DNA of 41,530 bases from an uncultured Woeseiaceae bacterium. GTDB lineage: Bacteria > Pseudomonadota > Gammaproteobacteria > Steroidobacterales > PWYM01. The notes below the pieces were generated by a model. It saw only the letters and a list, made by a program, of their open reading frames with translations, had not been told where the DNA came from and did no database searches. The position numbers and the translations under genes were made by a program. Location: assembly GCA_964384925.1 (NCBI GenBank), contig CAYLNP010000004.1:1-41530 (forward strand), written 5' to 3'. How positions within the stretch are numbered: position 1 is the first letter of the stretch; each line of letters begins with the position of its first letter. Positions 31,303 to 39,969 of the stretch are shown here, piece by piece.

Positions 31303-31362
31303 AACTTCGCGTGGGAAATCGGTTTCCCGCGTCGGACATTACAAAGGCAAGGAGCAATCAGC

Positions 31363-31782
31363 ATGGAACTCAAGGGCAGCAAGACAGAGAACAACCTGAA
31401 GGAAGCCTTCGCCGGTGAATCCCAGGCCAACCGCCGTTACCTGTATTTCGCCTCGAAAGCCGATGTCGAGGGCTACAACGATGTGGCCACGGTGTTTCGC
31501 TCGACCGCAGAGGGTGAGACGGGCCATGCGCACGGGCACCTGGAGTACCTCGAAGCCGTGGGTGACCCGGCGACCGGTCTGCCGATCGGCCCCACGTCGC
31601 ACAATCTGAAAGCGGCTGTGGCCGGCGAGACCCACGAGTACACCGACATGTATCCGGGCATGGCCAAGACGGCGCGCGACGAAGGCTTCGACGAGATCGC
31701 CGACTGGTTCGAGACGCTTGCCAAGGCCGAGCGCTCGCATGCCAACCGGTTCCAGAAGGCCCTGGATCAGCTCGACGCCTGA
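31363..31782 (+). CDS. rbr: Short (rubredoxin-less) rubrerythrin
   Basis: [28 protein letters not shown], di-iron motifs ETGH and ERSH, no C-terminal CxxC rubredoxin domain. AAGGAG RBS. Confidence 0.93.
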   Translation: MELKGSKTENNLKEAFAGESQANRRYLYFASKADVEGYNDVATVFRSTAEGETGHAHGHLEYLEAVGDPATGLPIGPTSHNLKAAVAGETHEYTDMYPGMAKTARDEGFDEIADWFETLAKAERSHANRFQKALDQLDA

Positions 31783-31839
31783 TCTGGCACCGCAGGTCGC
31801 GCTCAGGCGTTTCAGCCCAGCGCGGCCAATGGAGTCGCG

Positions 31840-31869
31840 AACGGGGCGGGCCGCTGCCCGCCCCGTTTT
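31840..31869 (+). terminator. GC-rich hairpin with a short U tract between rbr and the Fe-S oxidoreductase gene
   Basis: AACGGGGCGGGC-CGCT-GCCCGCCCCGTT followed by TT. Confidence 0.6.
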
Positions 31870-31893
31870 CGTATCAACAGCAAGGACCCGTCG

Positions 31894-33243
31894 ATGTCCA
31901 GCAAGCCCCCTGATCAGCAGCGCGAAGGCAGTCTCGACGCGCCCACCCGGCACCCCGTCGACTGGAAATCGCCGGATTTCACCGATGAGGGCGCGCTGTT
32001 CGGTGAACTCGAGCGCGTGTTCGATATCTGCCATGGCTGCCGGCGCTGCTTCAGTCTGTGCAATTCCTTCCCCACCCTGTTCGATGCCGTGGATGAATCC
32101 GATACCGGGGAAGTCGACGGCATGCCGCGCAAGGCGTACTGGGACGTCGTCGACCACTGCTACCTGTGTGACATGTGCTACATGACCAAGTGTCCGTACG
32201 TGCCGCCGCATCCATGGAACGTCGATTTCCCGCATCTGATGCTTCGCGCCAAGGTCGCGAAGTTCAAGGACGGCAAGGTTTCGACGCGAGACAGGATTCT
32301 TTCGGCCACCGATACCCTCGGATCACTCGCCGGCATCCCGGTGGTTGTGCAGGCCGTCAATGCGGCGAATCGCAATGCCACGGCGCGCAAGGTGCTGGAG
32401 AATGTGCTCGGCGTGCATGCACAGGCGCCTGTGCCGCAGTATCACAGCAATACCGCGCGCAAGCGCCTGGCGTCGCTGCATGACGAGACCGGCGAGAGCG
32501 CAGAGGCCGCCGGGGCCACGCGCGGGCGCGCCGTGCTGTTCACCACCTGCTATGGCAACCGCAATCTGCCCGCGATGGCTGAGGATCTGGTAGCGGTGTT
32601 CCGGCACAACGATATTCCGCTGCGGCTTGCCGACACCGAGAAGTGCTGCGGCATGCCGAAGCTCGAGCTCGGCGATCTCGAAGCGGTCGAGAAAGCCAGG
32701 GACATCAATGTGCCGGTGCTTGCCGCGCTGGTGGATGAGGGCTGGGATATCGTCGCCCCGGTGCCGTCCTGTGTGCTGATGTTCAAGCAGGAGCTGCCCC
32801 TGCTGTTCCCCGACGACGAACTGGTGAAGAAAGTGGCCGCGGCCATGTGGGATCCCTTCAACTATCTGATGGCCCGGCACAAGGCAGGCAAGCTCAAGAC
32901 CGATTTCACCAAGGCGCTTGGCAAGATTGCCTACCAGGTGCCCTGTCACCTGCGGGTGCAGAACATCGGCCTGAAGACCCGCGATGTCCTTGAGCTGGTC
33001 CCGGATACGCACGTCGAGGCCATCGAGCGCTGCTCAGGTCACGACGGCACCTATGCAGTGAAGAAGGAGTTCCACGAAGTCTCGCGAAAAATCGCGCAGC
33101 CGGTGGTCCGGCGCGTGGAGAACGCGAAGGCGGAGCATTTCACCAGCGACTGCCCGATGGCGGCTGAACAGATTGCGGCTGGCAGCAAGGATGTGCAGGC
33201 CAGTCACCCGATGAGCCTGCTGCGCCAGGCCTACGGCCTCTGA
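31894..33243 (+). CDS. Rubrerythrin-associated Fe-S oxidoreductase (GlpC/HdrD-like, CCG domains)
   Basis: CHGCRRCFSLC and CYLCDMCYMTKC ferredoxin motifs; CCGMP, PSC, PCH, CSGHDG and DCPMA. Confidence 0.9.
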   Translation: MSSKPPDQQREGSLDAPTRHPVDWKSPDFTDEGALFGELERVFDICHGCRRCFSLCNSFPTLFDAVDESDTGEVDGMPRKAYWDVVDHCYLCDMCYMTKCPYVPPHPWNVDFPHLMLRAKVAKFKDGKVSTRDRILSATDTLGSLAGIPVVVQAVNAANRNATARKVLENVLGVHAQAPVPQYHSNTARKRLASLHDETGESAEAAGATRGRAVLFTTCYGNRNLPAMAEDLVAVFRHNDIPLRLADTEKCCGMPKLELGDLEAVEKARDINVPVLAALVDEGWDIVAPVPSCVLMFKQELPLLFPDDELVKKVAAAMWDPFNYLMARHKAGKLKTDFTKALGKIAYQVPCHLRVQNIGLKTRDVLELVPDTHVEAIERCSGHDGTYAVKKEFHEVSRKIAQPVVRRVENAKAEHFTSDCPMAAEQIAAGSKDVQASHPMSLLRQAYGL

Positions 33244-33259
33244 AGCGACAAGGACGAAC

Positions 33260-33847
33260 ATGAAAAAGCTGACACGCGGAGATCTTTACAGTCTCGAGGA
33301 ATACGCAAGCCTGCGTCCGGAATTCCGGGCCAAGGTGATCGCCCACAAGCAGCATCGCAAGCTGCACATCGGCGAGAACGCCACGCTGTACTTCGAGGAT
33401 CGTCTGACCCTGCAATACCAGGTGCAGGAGATGCTGCGCATCGAACGGGTGTTCGAGGCCCAGGGCATCGAGGATGAACTGGCTGCCTACAATCCGCTGA
33501 TCCCTGATGGCAGCAACCTGAAGGCCACCTTCATGGTGGAGTTCCCGGACACAGACGAGCGTCGCCGTCGGCTCGCCGAGCTGATCGGCATCGAGAAGGG
33601 CACATGGCTGCAGGTCGAAGGCTTCGAGCGTGTGACACCGATCGCCAACGAAGACCTCGAGCGCAGCACCGACGAGAAAACCTCCGCCGTGCATTTCATG
33701 CGCTTCGAGTTCTCTGCGGAGATGATTGCGGCATTTCGCGGCGGCGCGAAGCTCTCTGCGGGCATAGACCACGACCACTATCGCCACACCGTCGATCCGG
33801 TACCCGAGCCGGTGGCGCAGGCGTTGCGGGCGGATTTTCAGGCTTGA
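33260..33847 (+). CDS. DUF3501-family protein
   Basis: YQVQEMLRIE...ELAAYNPLIP...LKAT...KTSAVHFMRF; canonical third gene after the short rbr and the Fe-S oxidoreductase. Confidence 0.87.
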   Translation: MKKLTRGDLYSLEEYASLRPEFRAKVIAHKQHRKLHIGENATLYFEDRLTLQYQVQEMLRIERVFEAQGIEDELAAYNPLIPDGSNLKATFMVEFPDTDERRRRLAELIGIEKGTWLQVEGFERVTPIANEDLERSTDEKTSAVHFMRFEFSAEMIAAFRGGAKLSAGIDHDHYRHTVDPVPEPVAQALRADFQA

Positions 33848-33883
33848 ACAACGCATCCGCCTAGGCGCAGGCACGGCGCGGCG

Positions 33884-34732
33884 ATGGTCGAAATCACCGG
33901 ACTCAACATCTTCCCCGTGAAGTCCCTGCAGGGCATTGCGGTGGACTCCGCCCCGCTGGGTGTACGCGGGCTGGCCTTTGATCGCTGCTGGATGGTGACG
34001 GATTCCACGGGTCGCTTCATGACCCAGCGCGAACTGCCGGCGATGGCCACCATCGGCGTTCGCCTGGCCCCCGAGGCGCTGGTGCTGGAGCACCCGTCGA
34101 CCAGCGCGCTTGTGGTGGATCGCAATGAACCAGGCGGCACGCGAGTGCGGGTGAAGGTCTGGAAGGACGAGTGCCCTGCCTACGACGAGGGTGAGGCGGC
34201 CGCGCGCTGGCTGACGACAGTGCTTGGGACGTGGCGGGACGGGGCTCTGCGGCTGGTACGATTCGCCGATGACCATCGCCGTCCGGTCGACGCACGATAC
34301 CTGCGGGGCGAGCGTTCGCACACCGCCTTCACGGATGGCTTTCCCTTGCTCGTCACCTCCGAGTCCTCGCTGGCGAGTCTCAACGCGCAGCTCGCGGCCA
34401 GTGGCGTAGCCACGGTGCCCATGAACCGGTTCCGCGCCAACATCGTCGTCAGCGGCCTGGCGCCGTTCGAGGAAGATGCACTCGACGCGCTTGTGCCCAC
34501 CGGCGGTGCCTACGAAATCGCCATGCGCAAGCCTTGTCGGCGCTGCGCCATCATCACCACCGATCAGACCGACGGGCTTGTCCCCGATTCTCAGGAACCG
34601 CTGCGTACACTGATGCGCATGAACACGCGCGCTGACATGCCCGGGGCCTTTTTCGGGCAGAACGCCATTGTGCTGAATGCACACGGCGCGACGGTGTCGG
34701 TTGGCGACCAGCTGATACCCACGCGTAATTGA
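33884..34732 (+). CDS. MOSC-domain protein (YcbX/mARC-like)
   Basis: IFPVKS, DRCWMV, FTDGFPLL, RFRANIVV, PCRRC and FGQN motifs. Confidence 0.9.
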   Translation: MVEITGLNIFPVKSLQGIAVDSAPLGVRGLAFDRCWMVTDSTGRFMTQRELPAMATIGVRLAPEALVLEHPSTSALVVDRNEPGGTRVRVKVWKDECPAYDEGEAAARWLTTVLGTWRDGALRLVRFADDHRRPVDARYLRGERSHTAFTDGFPLLVTSESSLASLNAQLAASGVATVPMNRFRANIVVSGLAPFEEDALDALVPTGGAYEIAMRKPCRRCAIITTDQTDGLVPDSQEPLRTLMRMNTRADMPGAFFGQNAIVLNAHGATVSVGDQLIPTRN

Positions 34733-34734
34733 CC

Positions 34735-35355
34735 TCAGTGGAATGTGCCGCTGATCATCGGTCGCAGCTCCACGGCCAGCAGAAGTGTCGCGATGGCGGT
34801 CACCCAGGCCGCCGCCACGCAGGCAATCGTATCTGTCCAGGATGATCGCAATCGCTGGCGGATGGATTCTGCGACTGCGGCGATGCATAACATCATGAAC
34901 GGCGCGCCAGCCAACGAGCCGGCGAGTGTGATGGCAACGGCGCGCATGGGCCCTGGCTCTGGCAGGGACCCAAGACCGACCACCAGCCCCCCGACGGCGC
35001 CCACGAAGATGGCTACACCCTGAGCCCGACTGAAAAAAAGTACGGGCGCAGTCAACAGGACTGCGGCCAAAGGTGCCCAGCCTGTCAGCGCTGCCGTGGG
35101 GACGCTCCGGCCAAACAGGGCGCCTATCGCAAGCGAAGCCGCGAAGGCAGCGAAGGCCGGACGCGCGACGTTCATGCCTCGAAAGCCCAACAGCAGGCCC
35201 ACAACCGAAAGCAGCAGGATGTGCCCAGGCACGGTGAGCGGATGCAGCATGCCCACATAGAAACCTTCGATGCCCGGCACCGGGCTGTGCGCCCAGGCCG
35301 CCGAAGGCGACGCGATGGCACCTGTCAGCAGGATCGATTTCTCGCAAAGCCTCAT
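34735..35355 (-). CDS. Divergent HupE/UreJ-like membrane protein
   Basis: Signal-like N-terminus ending AWA-HSPVPGIEGFYVGMLHPLTVPGH, then several TM helices. ATG at 35355 overlaps the upstream stop (ATGA); the longer track ORF is an N-terminal over-extension. Confidence 0.7.
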   Translation of the reverse strand: MRLCEKSILLTGAIASPSAAWAHSPVPGIEGFYVGMLHPLTVPGHILLLSVVGLLLGFRGMNVARPAFAAFAASLAIGALFGRSVPTAALTGWAPLAAVLLTAPVLFFSRAQGVAIFVGAVGGLVVGLGSLPEPGPMRAVAITLAGSLAGAPFMMLCIAAVAESIRQRLRSSWTDTIACVAAAWVTAIATLLLAVELRPMISGTFH

Positions 35356-35969
35356 CTGATGAGAAACATGACCCCGACCATGGCGACGATGACGCCGCTG
35401 CCGCGCAGGATCCAGCTGCCGGCGCGCCAGTGAATCAGCAGACCCAGCGCCACGCCACCCAGATGCAGTAAGCCGGTGGCGATCACGAAACCCAGCGCGT
35501 AGCCAAACGGGCTGGCCGACGCCGGCAACTCTGTCCCATGTGCGTGACCGTGAAACAATGCAAACAGCGCGACCAGCAGCGCCGCGACGGCCAGCGGCAG
35601 TCGAACCATGAACGCAACCAGTATCCCCAGGGCGAGGGCCGAGACGGCGATAATCGGCTCGACATGTCCGAGAGGTACCCCGACGACCCCGAGTGCTCCG
35701 CCCACCGCCATGATCAGCGGGAACGTCACGGGCAGAAGCCAAAGAGCCGGCGCGCGGAGTATTGCGCCCCACATGCCGACGGCCACCATGGCAACGAGGT
35801 GATCGACCCCCAGTACGGGGTGCACGAGACCGGCCAGGAATCCACCGTCATGGTCGTGGTCCGCATGCGCCAGTACGTCCGGCGCCCACAGAATCAGCCC
35901 GGCGAGCAGTCCGGCCAGGACTATTCGTTCGGCGAGAAAGCCCGGCGCATTATCGGTATTCAGTCTCAT
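35352..35969 (-). CDS. HupE/UreJ-family Ni/Co-binding membrane protein
   Basis: AHADHDHD, HPVLGVDH, FHGHAHGTE and ATGLLHLGG. ATG at 35969 behind GGAGG. Confidence 0.92.
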   Translation of the reverse strand: MRLNTDNAPGFLAERIVLAGLLAGLILWAPDVLAHADHDHDGGFLAGLVHPVLGVDHLVAMVAVGMWGAILRAPALWLLPVTFPLIMAVGGALGVVGVPLGHVEPIIAVSALALGILVAFMVRLPLAVAALLVALFALFHGHAHGTELPASASPFGYALGFVIATGLLHLGGVALGLLIHWRAGSWILRGSGVIVAMVGVMFLIR

Positions 35970-36013
35970 CACACCCCTCCGCTCGGATTGCAGATTCAAT
36001 GGTCTTCGGAAAC

Positions 36014-37069
36014 TCAGCTGCCGAGTACAGCGAGCCGTTGCAGTAACCAGAATGCAGCGGTTCCGCCAATGACATAACCGACGACCGGAGTTCCGAGTGA
36101 CGAGTATGTCGACGCGACAGGAAAAAGCCGCAGTGGCTTAGCCCACCAGACTGAACGAACCAACCCAAGGTACAGAAGCATCACTGTGGCGAACGCCAGC
36201 TGGCCAACTTCGATGCCAAGATTGAAAAAAAGCAAGGCACCAGGGATCTGGGTCTGCGGCAAGCCGATCTCGTTCAATACGCTGGCGAAGCCGAAGCCGT
36301 GCAGAAGACCGAAGATCAGTGAGACGAGGATCGGAAACCGCCATGCAAGCGTATCGCGTCGACGCCGGACGAGTTCCGCTGCAAGCATGACGACGCTCAG
36401 TGCGATACATGCCTCCATGGGGGCCACGGGCAGTCGTACGATGTCCAGTGCTGACAGACCCAGTGTCACGGAGTGGGCCAGCGTAAAGCCGGTAATCGCC
36501 AGTGCAATGCGCGGCAGCGTGCCGGCGATCCAGAGCAGGCAGACAACGAACAGCAGGTGGTCTATGCCTGTCAGGATGTGCTTGATGCCAAGCGTCATGT
36601 AGGCTGCCGCGACGCCACCGAATGTTTCGGGCGAGGGCAGGGCTATCCGTGTTTCGTCCGGCCCCGCCGCCAGCATGCGATGCTCGCCGCTGAGCCACGT
36701 GATGCCGACCAGGATGTTCAGCGCGGGATTGAACTCGGGGTATCTGAGGATCAGCTCGGCCGACGCCAGGCCGTCATCGCAGGAATAGAATTCTGACAGT
36801 GCCTCAGCGGGATAGTCCTTATCCGCGCCGGGTACCTGGCGGTCGACGCGATCGCACGATGCACCCAGAAGTTCCACTTCGGGAAGTGCGCGTATGGACA
36901 CAATTGGTGGCAGTTTCGTGCTGATCCTGAACAGGTTCGGTGCGTGTTCCACGATTTCCAGATACATCGGTCGCAGATCATGAGCGTTGGCGACGAAGCA
37001 GCCGAGGGAGAGGTACAGCGTCACCGCTGGTATGGTCAACGCGCGCGAAACGTGGCTTGCTCGCCTCAC
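36014..37069 (-). CDS. HupE/UreJ_2-type membrane protein with an N-terminal extracytoplasmic domain
   Basis: Signal peptide ending ANA-HD, soluble domain, then GIKHILTGIDHLLF, FTLAHSVTL, FGLLHGFGFA and FNLGIEVGQL. Confidence 0.88.
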   Translation of the reverse strand: MRRASHVSRALTIPAVTLYLSLGCFVANAHDLRPMYLEIVEHAPNLFRISTKLPPIVSIRALPEVELLGASCDRVDRQVPGADKDYPAEALSEFYSCDDGLASAELILRYPEFNPALNILVGITWLSGEHRMLAAGPDETRIALPSPETFGGVAAAYMTLGIKHILTGIDHLLFVVCLLWIAGTLPRIALAITGFTLAHSVTLGLSALDIVRLPVAPMEACIALSVVMLAAELVRRRRDTLAWRFPILVSLIFGLLHGFGFASVLNEIGLPQTQIPGALLFFNLGIEVGQLAFATVMLLYLGLVRSVWWAKPLRLFPVASTYSSLGTPVVGYVIGGTAAFWLLQRLAVLGS

Positions 37070-37923
37070 TGTCGGTTGGCCTTGTCCGGTCCGGGCATCT
37101 CGATCGCGTAGTTGCGTCGCATCTCCGAGAAAACAGCCGAACGAAGCTCACGACGCCGATTCTCGAGATATTCACTTCTGACCTCGAACGCCACGTCCTC
37201 GAAAGCCGCATCACGTGATGGGGTACGTGTTCTGATCAGGACCAGGTGCACACCGAAACCGGATTCGACCGGACCTTGCCAGCTCCCGGCAGGCAACTCG
37301 AATAATCGCTCGGCAAATGCCCTGCCGAACTGGCGCGCCACGTCCCGCTTCGTCGTAGCCTCATGGCTCGGGCGTATCGGCGGGACGTCTCCCAGACCAT
37401 CGGCATCCGAGACCGCGGTGGCGCGAAGCGCCTCGAGAAGTGCCTGGGCATCCTCCGACAGACAGTCTCCGCGCGCATCCCGATCCAGGAAGACATGCGT
37501 GAACGACATCTGCTCCGGCGTGGCGAACCGTGCCGCATGCTCCGCAAAGTAGGCGCGCAAGTCGGCTTGCGTGGGCTCGGCAGGAATGCCCGCGTCGATA
37601 ATGGCGAACGCCTCCATCTTTCTTGCCAGTCGCTGTCGTACGACTGCATCGTTTCGGTCCAGGCCGCGTGCCAGCGCCTCCCGGTAGAGCACCTCCTCGC
37701 GCAGGTACTCCTGGATCAAAACCTCGCGTTCCAGGTCATCAGGAGGCCGGCGCCACTGGCGAACGAAGTCGCGTTCAAGCCGGTTGACAAGCGCTGCATC
37801 GACGACGATACGGTTCACCGACACTTCGTCCGGCGCCTGTGCCAGCATCGAGTACGCTGCAAACAGCAGACTGCCGATGATCACGAAGTGGACCAGTGGC
37901 TCCCTGACCAGCAGCCTCAGCAT
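37066..37923 (-). CDS. Membrane-anchored parvulin-type peptidyl-prolyl isomerase/foldase (Rotamase_2-like)
   Basis: REPLVHF plus TM anchor, REEVLYREALARGLD, FGRAFAERLF and WQGPVESGFGVHLV. Confidence 0.88.
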   Translation of the reverse strand: MLRLLVREPLVHFVIIGSLLFAAYSMLAQAPDEVSVNRIVVDAALVNRLERDFVRQWRRPPDDLEREVLIQEYLREEVLYREALARGLDRNDAVVRQRLARKMEAFAIIDAGIPAEPTQADLRAYFAEHAARFATPEQMSFTHVFLDRDARGDCLSEDAQALLEALRATAVSDADGLGDVPPIRPSHEATTKRDVARQFGRAFAERLFELPAGSWQGPVESGFGVHLVLIRTRTPSRDAAFEDVAFEVRSEYLENRRRELRSAVFSEMRRNYAIEMPGPDKANRQ

Positions 37924-37950
37924 GCGGGAGACGCAACCACGAGTTGAAAG

Positions 37951-39948
37951 CTAGTCCCCGGCGAGCGGCGCATACCAGATCGGCGAAGTCCAGGCCATTT
38001 CCTGGATGGTTCTGGGCGCGTCGTTCTGGCAGGCTGCGGGGCGTTCGTCAGGGGGTAGGGCGACGCACTGCGCCCAGTTCCAACGCAGGGTCGGCACTTC
38101 GACCACGCGCAGGTAATAGTAGGTCGATTCCGCCGGATCGAAAGCCGTGTCTTCGAACACCGCACACAGCGATGTCGACCCCTCGCCAGTCCACTGGCCC
38201 GTGAGGAGGTTGATCTGTCCGTCGGAGCTATCCGAACCCGCCACGTCGAAAACCTCGTAGCGCGCCTGGCCCGAAGTATCGATCCATCCCTTGATGATCT
38301 GCAGCTTCTGCAGCGCGGCGCCGTCGGGATCCCTGACTGCCGAGGCCAGCAACCGCGGCTTGCCCGATGCCGTGGCCGGCGGCAGGTCGCTGCCCATAGG
38401 GACGCCATGGGCGTATCCGTGCTCCGGCAGATCCGCGAGATTGCAAGCTTTGTCGTCAATATCCCAGCCGGCAAACAGGCGAGGTTGAATGCGCGTGCCC
38501 GAGGTGCCGAAGACCTCGCGCCTGCGCATGGCCTCGAACAGCGCATCGCGAGAGTTCTCTACCGCCCAGATGCCGGCCAGGCCTCCGGGATTGCTGACGA
38601 GAGACTGTGGAGAAAAAAGCCCGGCCCTGAGACGCGCCTCGAGCTCGGTCTCAGGCACGAGGTGTCCTGGCCAGTCCGCCTCATCCGTGGCGCCCGCCAG
38701 CGCCAGGTGAGTATCCGTCGATCCGATCGCTCCCAACTTGTATGGATTCACGCCGATGGCCGCCTCGTCCTGAAGGCCGGTCAGCAGCACGCTGCGGAAG
38801 AAGTCGTTCCTCGAGACACAGCCCACGGCAGCAAAGCCGCGTCGGCCGATTTCCCCTTCCTCGCAGAACCTCAGTTCGTAGGTTTCCCCGAAGATCAGGC
38901 GACGCTCGCCGACTGCCCGCACCTGCTCGAACTCGCACAGCTCATCCGGCGCGCCGAGAATTCCCGGGAAACCATTGAAGCACTCGGAGTTCCCCTTGTG
39001 CTGGAAGATCTCCATGATCGGCTCCATGGCAGCCTGCAGACGGGCCGCGGCCGGAGCGAATTCTGCGGTCTCGGAGCCGGCCGCATAGGAAGGGAACATC
39101 GACCCGGAACTCAGGTTGGAATTGTGCGGGATCACCAGCACGTCGCACCCGTCAACTGCGTTCAGGCACTCATCGGTGAGCGCGTTCCACAGGTCAAGAC
39201 CTCTCGGGGCGTCAATGTAGGAGATGGCGCGCGCCGGTACGTCGGCATTGCGGAAAATGACGTTGCGGTGATAGTTGTTGGAATTGGGTGTGCCGGTATG
39301 CTCATAACCGACAAAGGTGGTGAACTCGCAGCGCGCCGAGCGATCGTAGGCCTCCTCGGCCATCTGCTGCGTCGCTTTCCACAGCGGGCTGGCCGACTCG
39401 ACGCATGCAGCGGGGTCCTCGCCGCAGATTTCCTCGACCTGATAAGGAGAGTCGGTGAGCAGGCTGTTCACGAACAGCATGAACATATCTCCGCCACTTC
39501 CGCGCATGTACACGCAGGCTTCCTGCTCATACACGCTGCTGGAGGGGTCCATGCACAGCCCCAATTCGCCAAAGAACTCGGCATGGTCGGTGACGGCGGC
39601 GAAATCCAGGGGTGTCCGCAGCTGCAGGGTCGCCGTCTCTTTCCCACTGTCGTCGAAGGGCGGAACACCGATCGAGCCGCCCCGGGCGAAGCGGTAGGCG
39701 TCGGCCGGTGTCGTGGTCGAGCCGAAGGGGCTTACGTCGTAGGAGAAGCCTGTGTGGATATGCAGGTCGCCGAAGTAGGCGTTCCGAGTGGCGCTGCGCT
39801 CGGTGCAGGGGTCTCGTGCTTCCGTGTAGACCACCAGCGCATCGGATGATGCCACCTGCTGAGAGGTGGCAGTTTCTACAGCCTCAACATAGCCACAGCA
39901 TAGCGCTGCTACGCCCGCGACCAGTAACGAGCCAGACATTCTGTACAT
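37951..39948 (-). CDS. DUF3604-family exported PHP-like metallohydrolase
   Basis: Signal peptide; FGDLHIHTGFSYD, LDFAAVTDHAE, GYEHT, HRNVIF, IPHNSNLS, EIFQHKGNSE, GSTDTH and IQEMAWTSPIWY. Confidence 0.87.
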   Translation of the reverse strand: MYRMSGSLLVAGVAALCCGYVEAVETATSQQVASSDALVVYTEARDPCTERSATRNAYFGDLHIHTGFSYDVSPFGSTTTPADAYRFARGGSIGVPPFDDSGKETATLQLRTPLDFAAVTDHAEFFGELGLCMDPSSSVYEQEACVYMRGSGGDMFMLFVNSLLTDSPYQVEEICGEDPAACVESASPLWKATQQMAEEAYDRSARCEFTTFVGYEHTGTPNSNNYHRNVIFRNADVPARAISYIDAPRGLDLWNALTDECLNAVDGCDVLVIPHNSNLSSGSMFPSYAAGSETAEFAPAAARLQAAMEPIMEIFQHKGNSECFNGFPGILGAPDELCEFEQVRAVGERRLIFGETYELRFCEEGEIGRRGFAAVGCVSRNDFFRSVLLTGLQDEAAIGVNPYKLGAIGSTDTHLALAGATDEADWPGHLVPETELEARLRAGLFSPQSLVSNPGGLAGIWAVENSRDALFEAMRRREVFGTSGTRIQPRLFAGWDIDDKACNLADLPEHGYAHGVPMGSDLPPATASGKPRLLASAVRDPDGAALQKLQIIKGWIDTSGQARYEVFDVAGSDSSDGQINLLTGQWTGEGSTSLCAVFEDTAFDPAESTYYYLRVVEVPTLRWNWAQCVALPPDERPAACQNDAPRTIQEMAWTSPIWYAPLAGD

Positions 39949-39969
39949 CGGTCATCCCCCTGCTGAGGT

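Noticed and set aside
33140-35347. 735-aa minus-strand ORF
   Set aside because: Overlaps DUF3501 and MOSC antisense and the HupE-like gene out of frame; Arg/Gly-rich with no domain signature.
34735-37069. A hydrogenase or urease cluster implied by the HupE/UreJ genes
   Set aside because: No hydrogenase, hyp or ure genes in the window.
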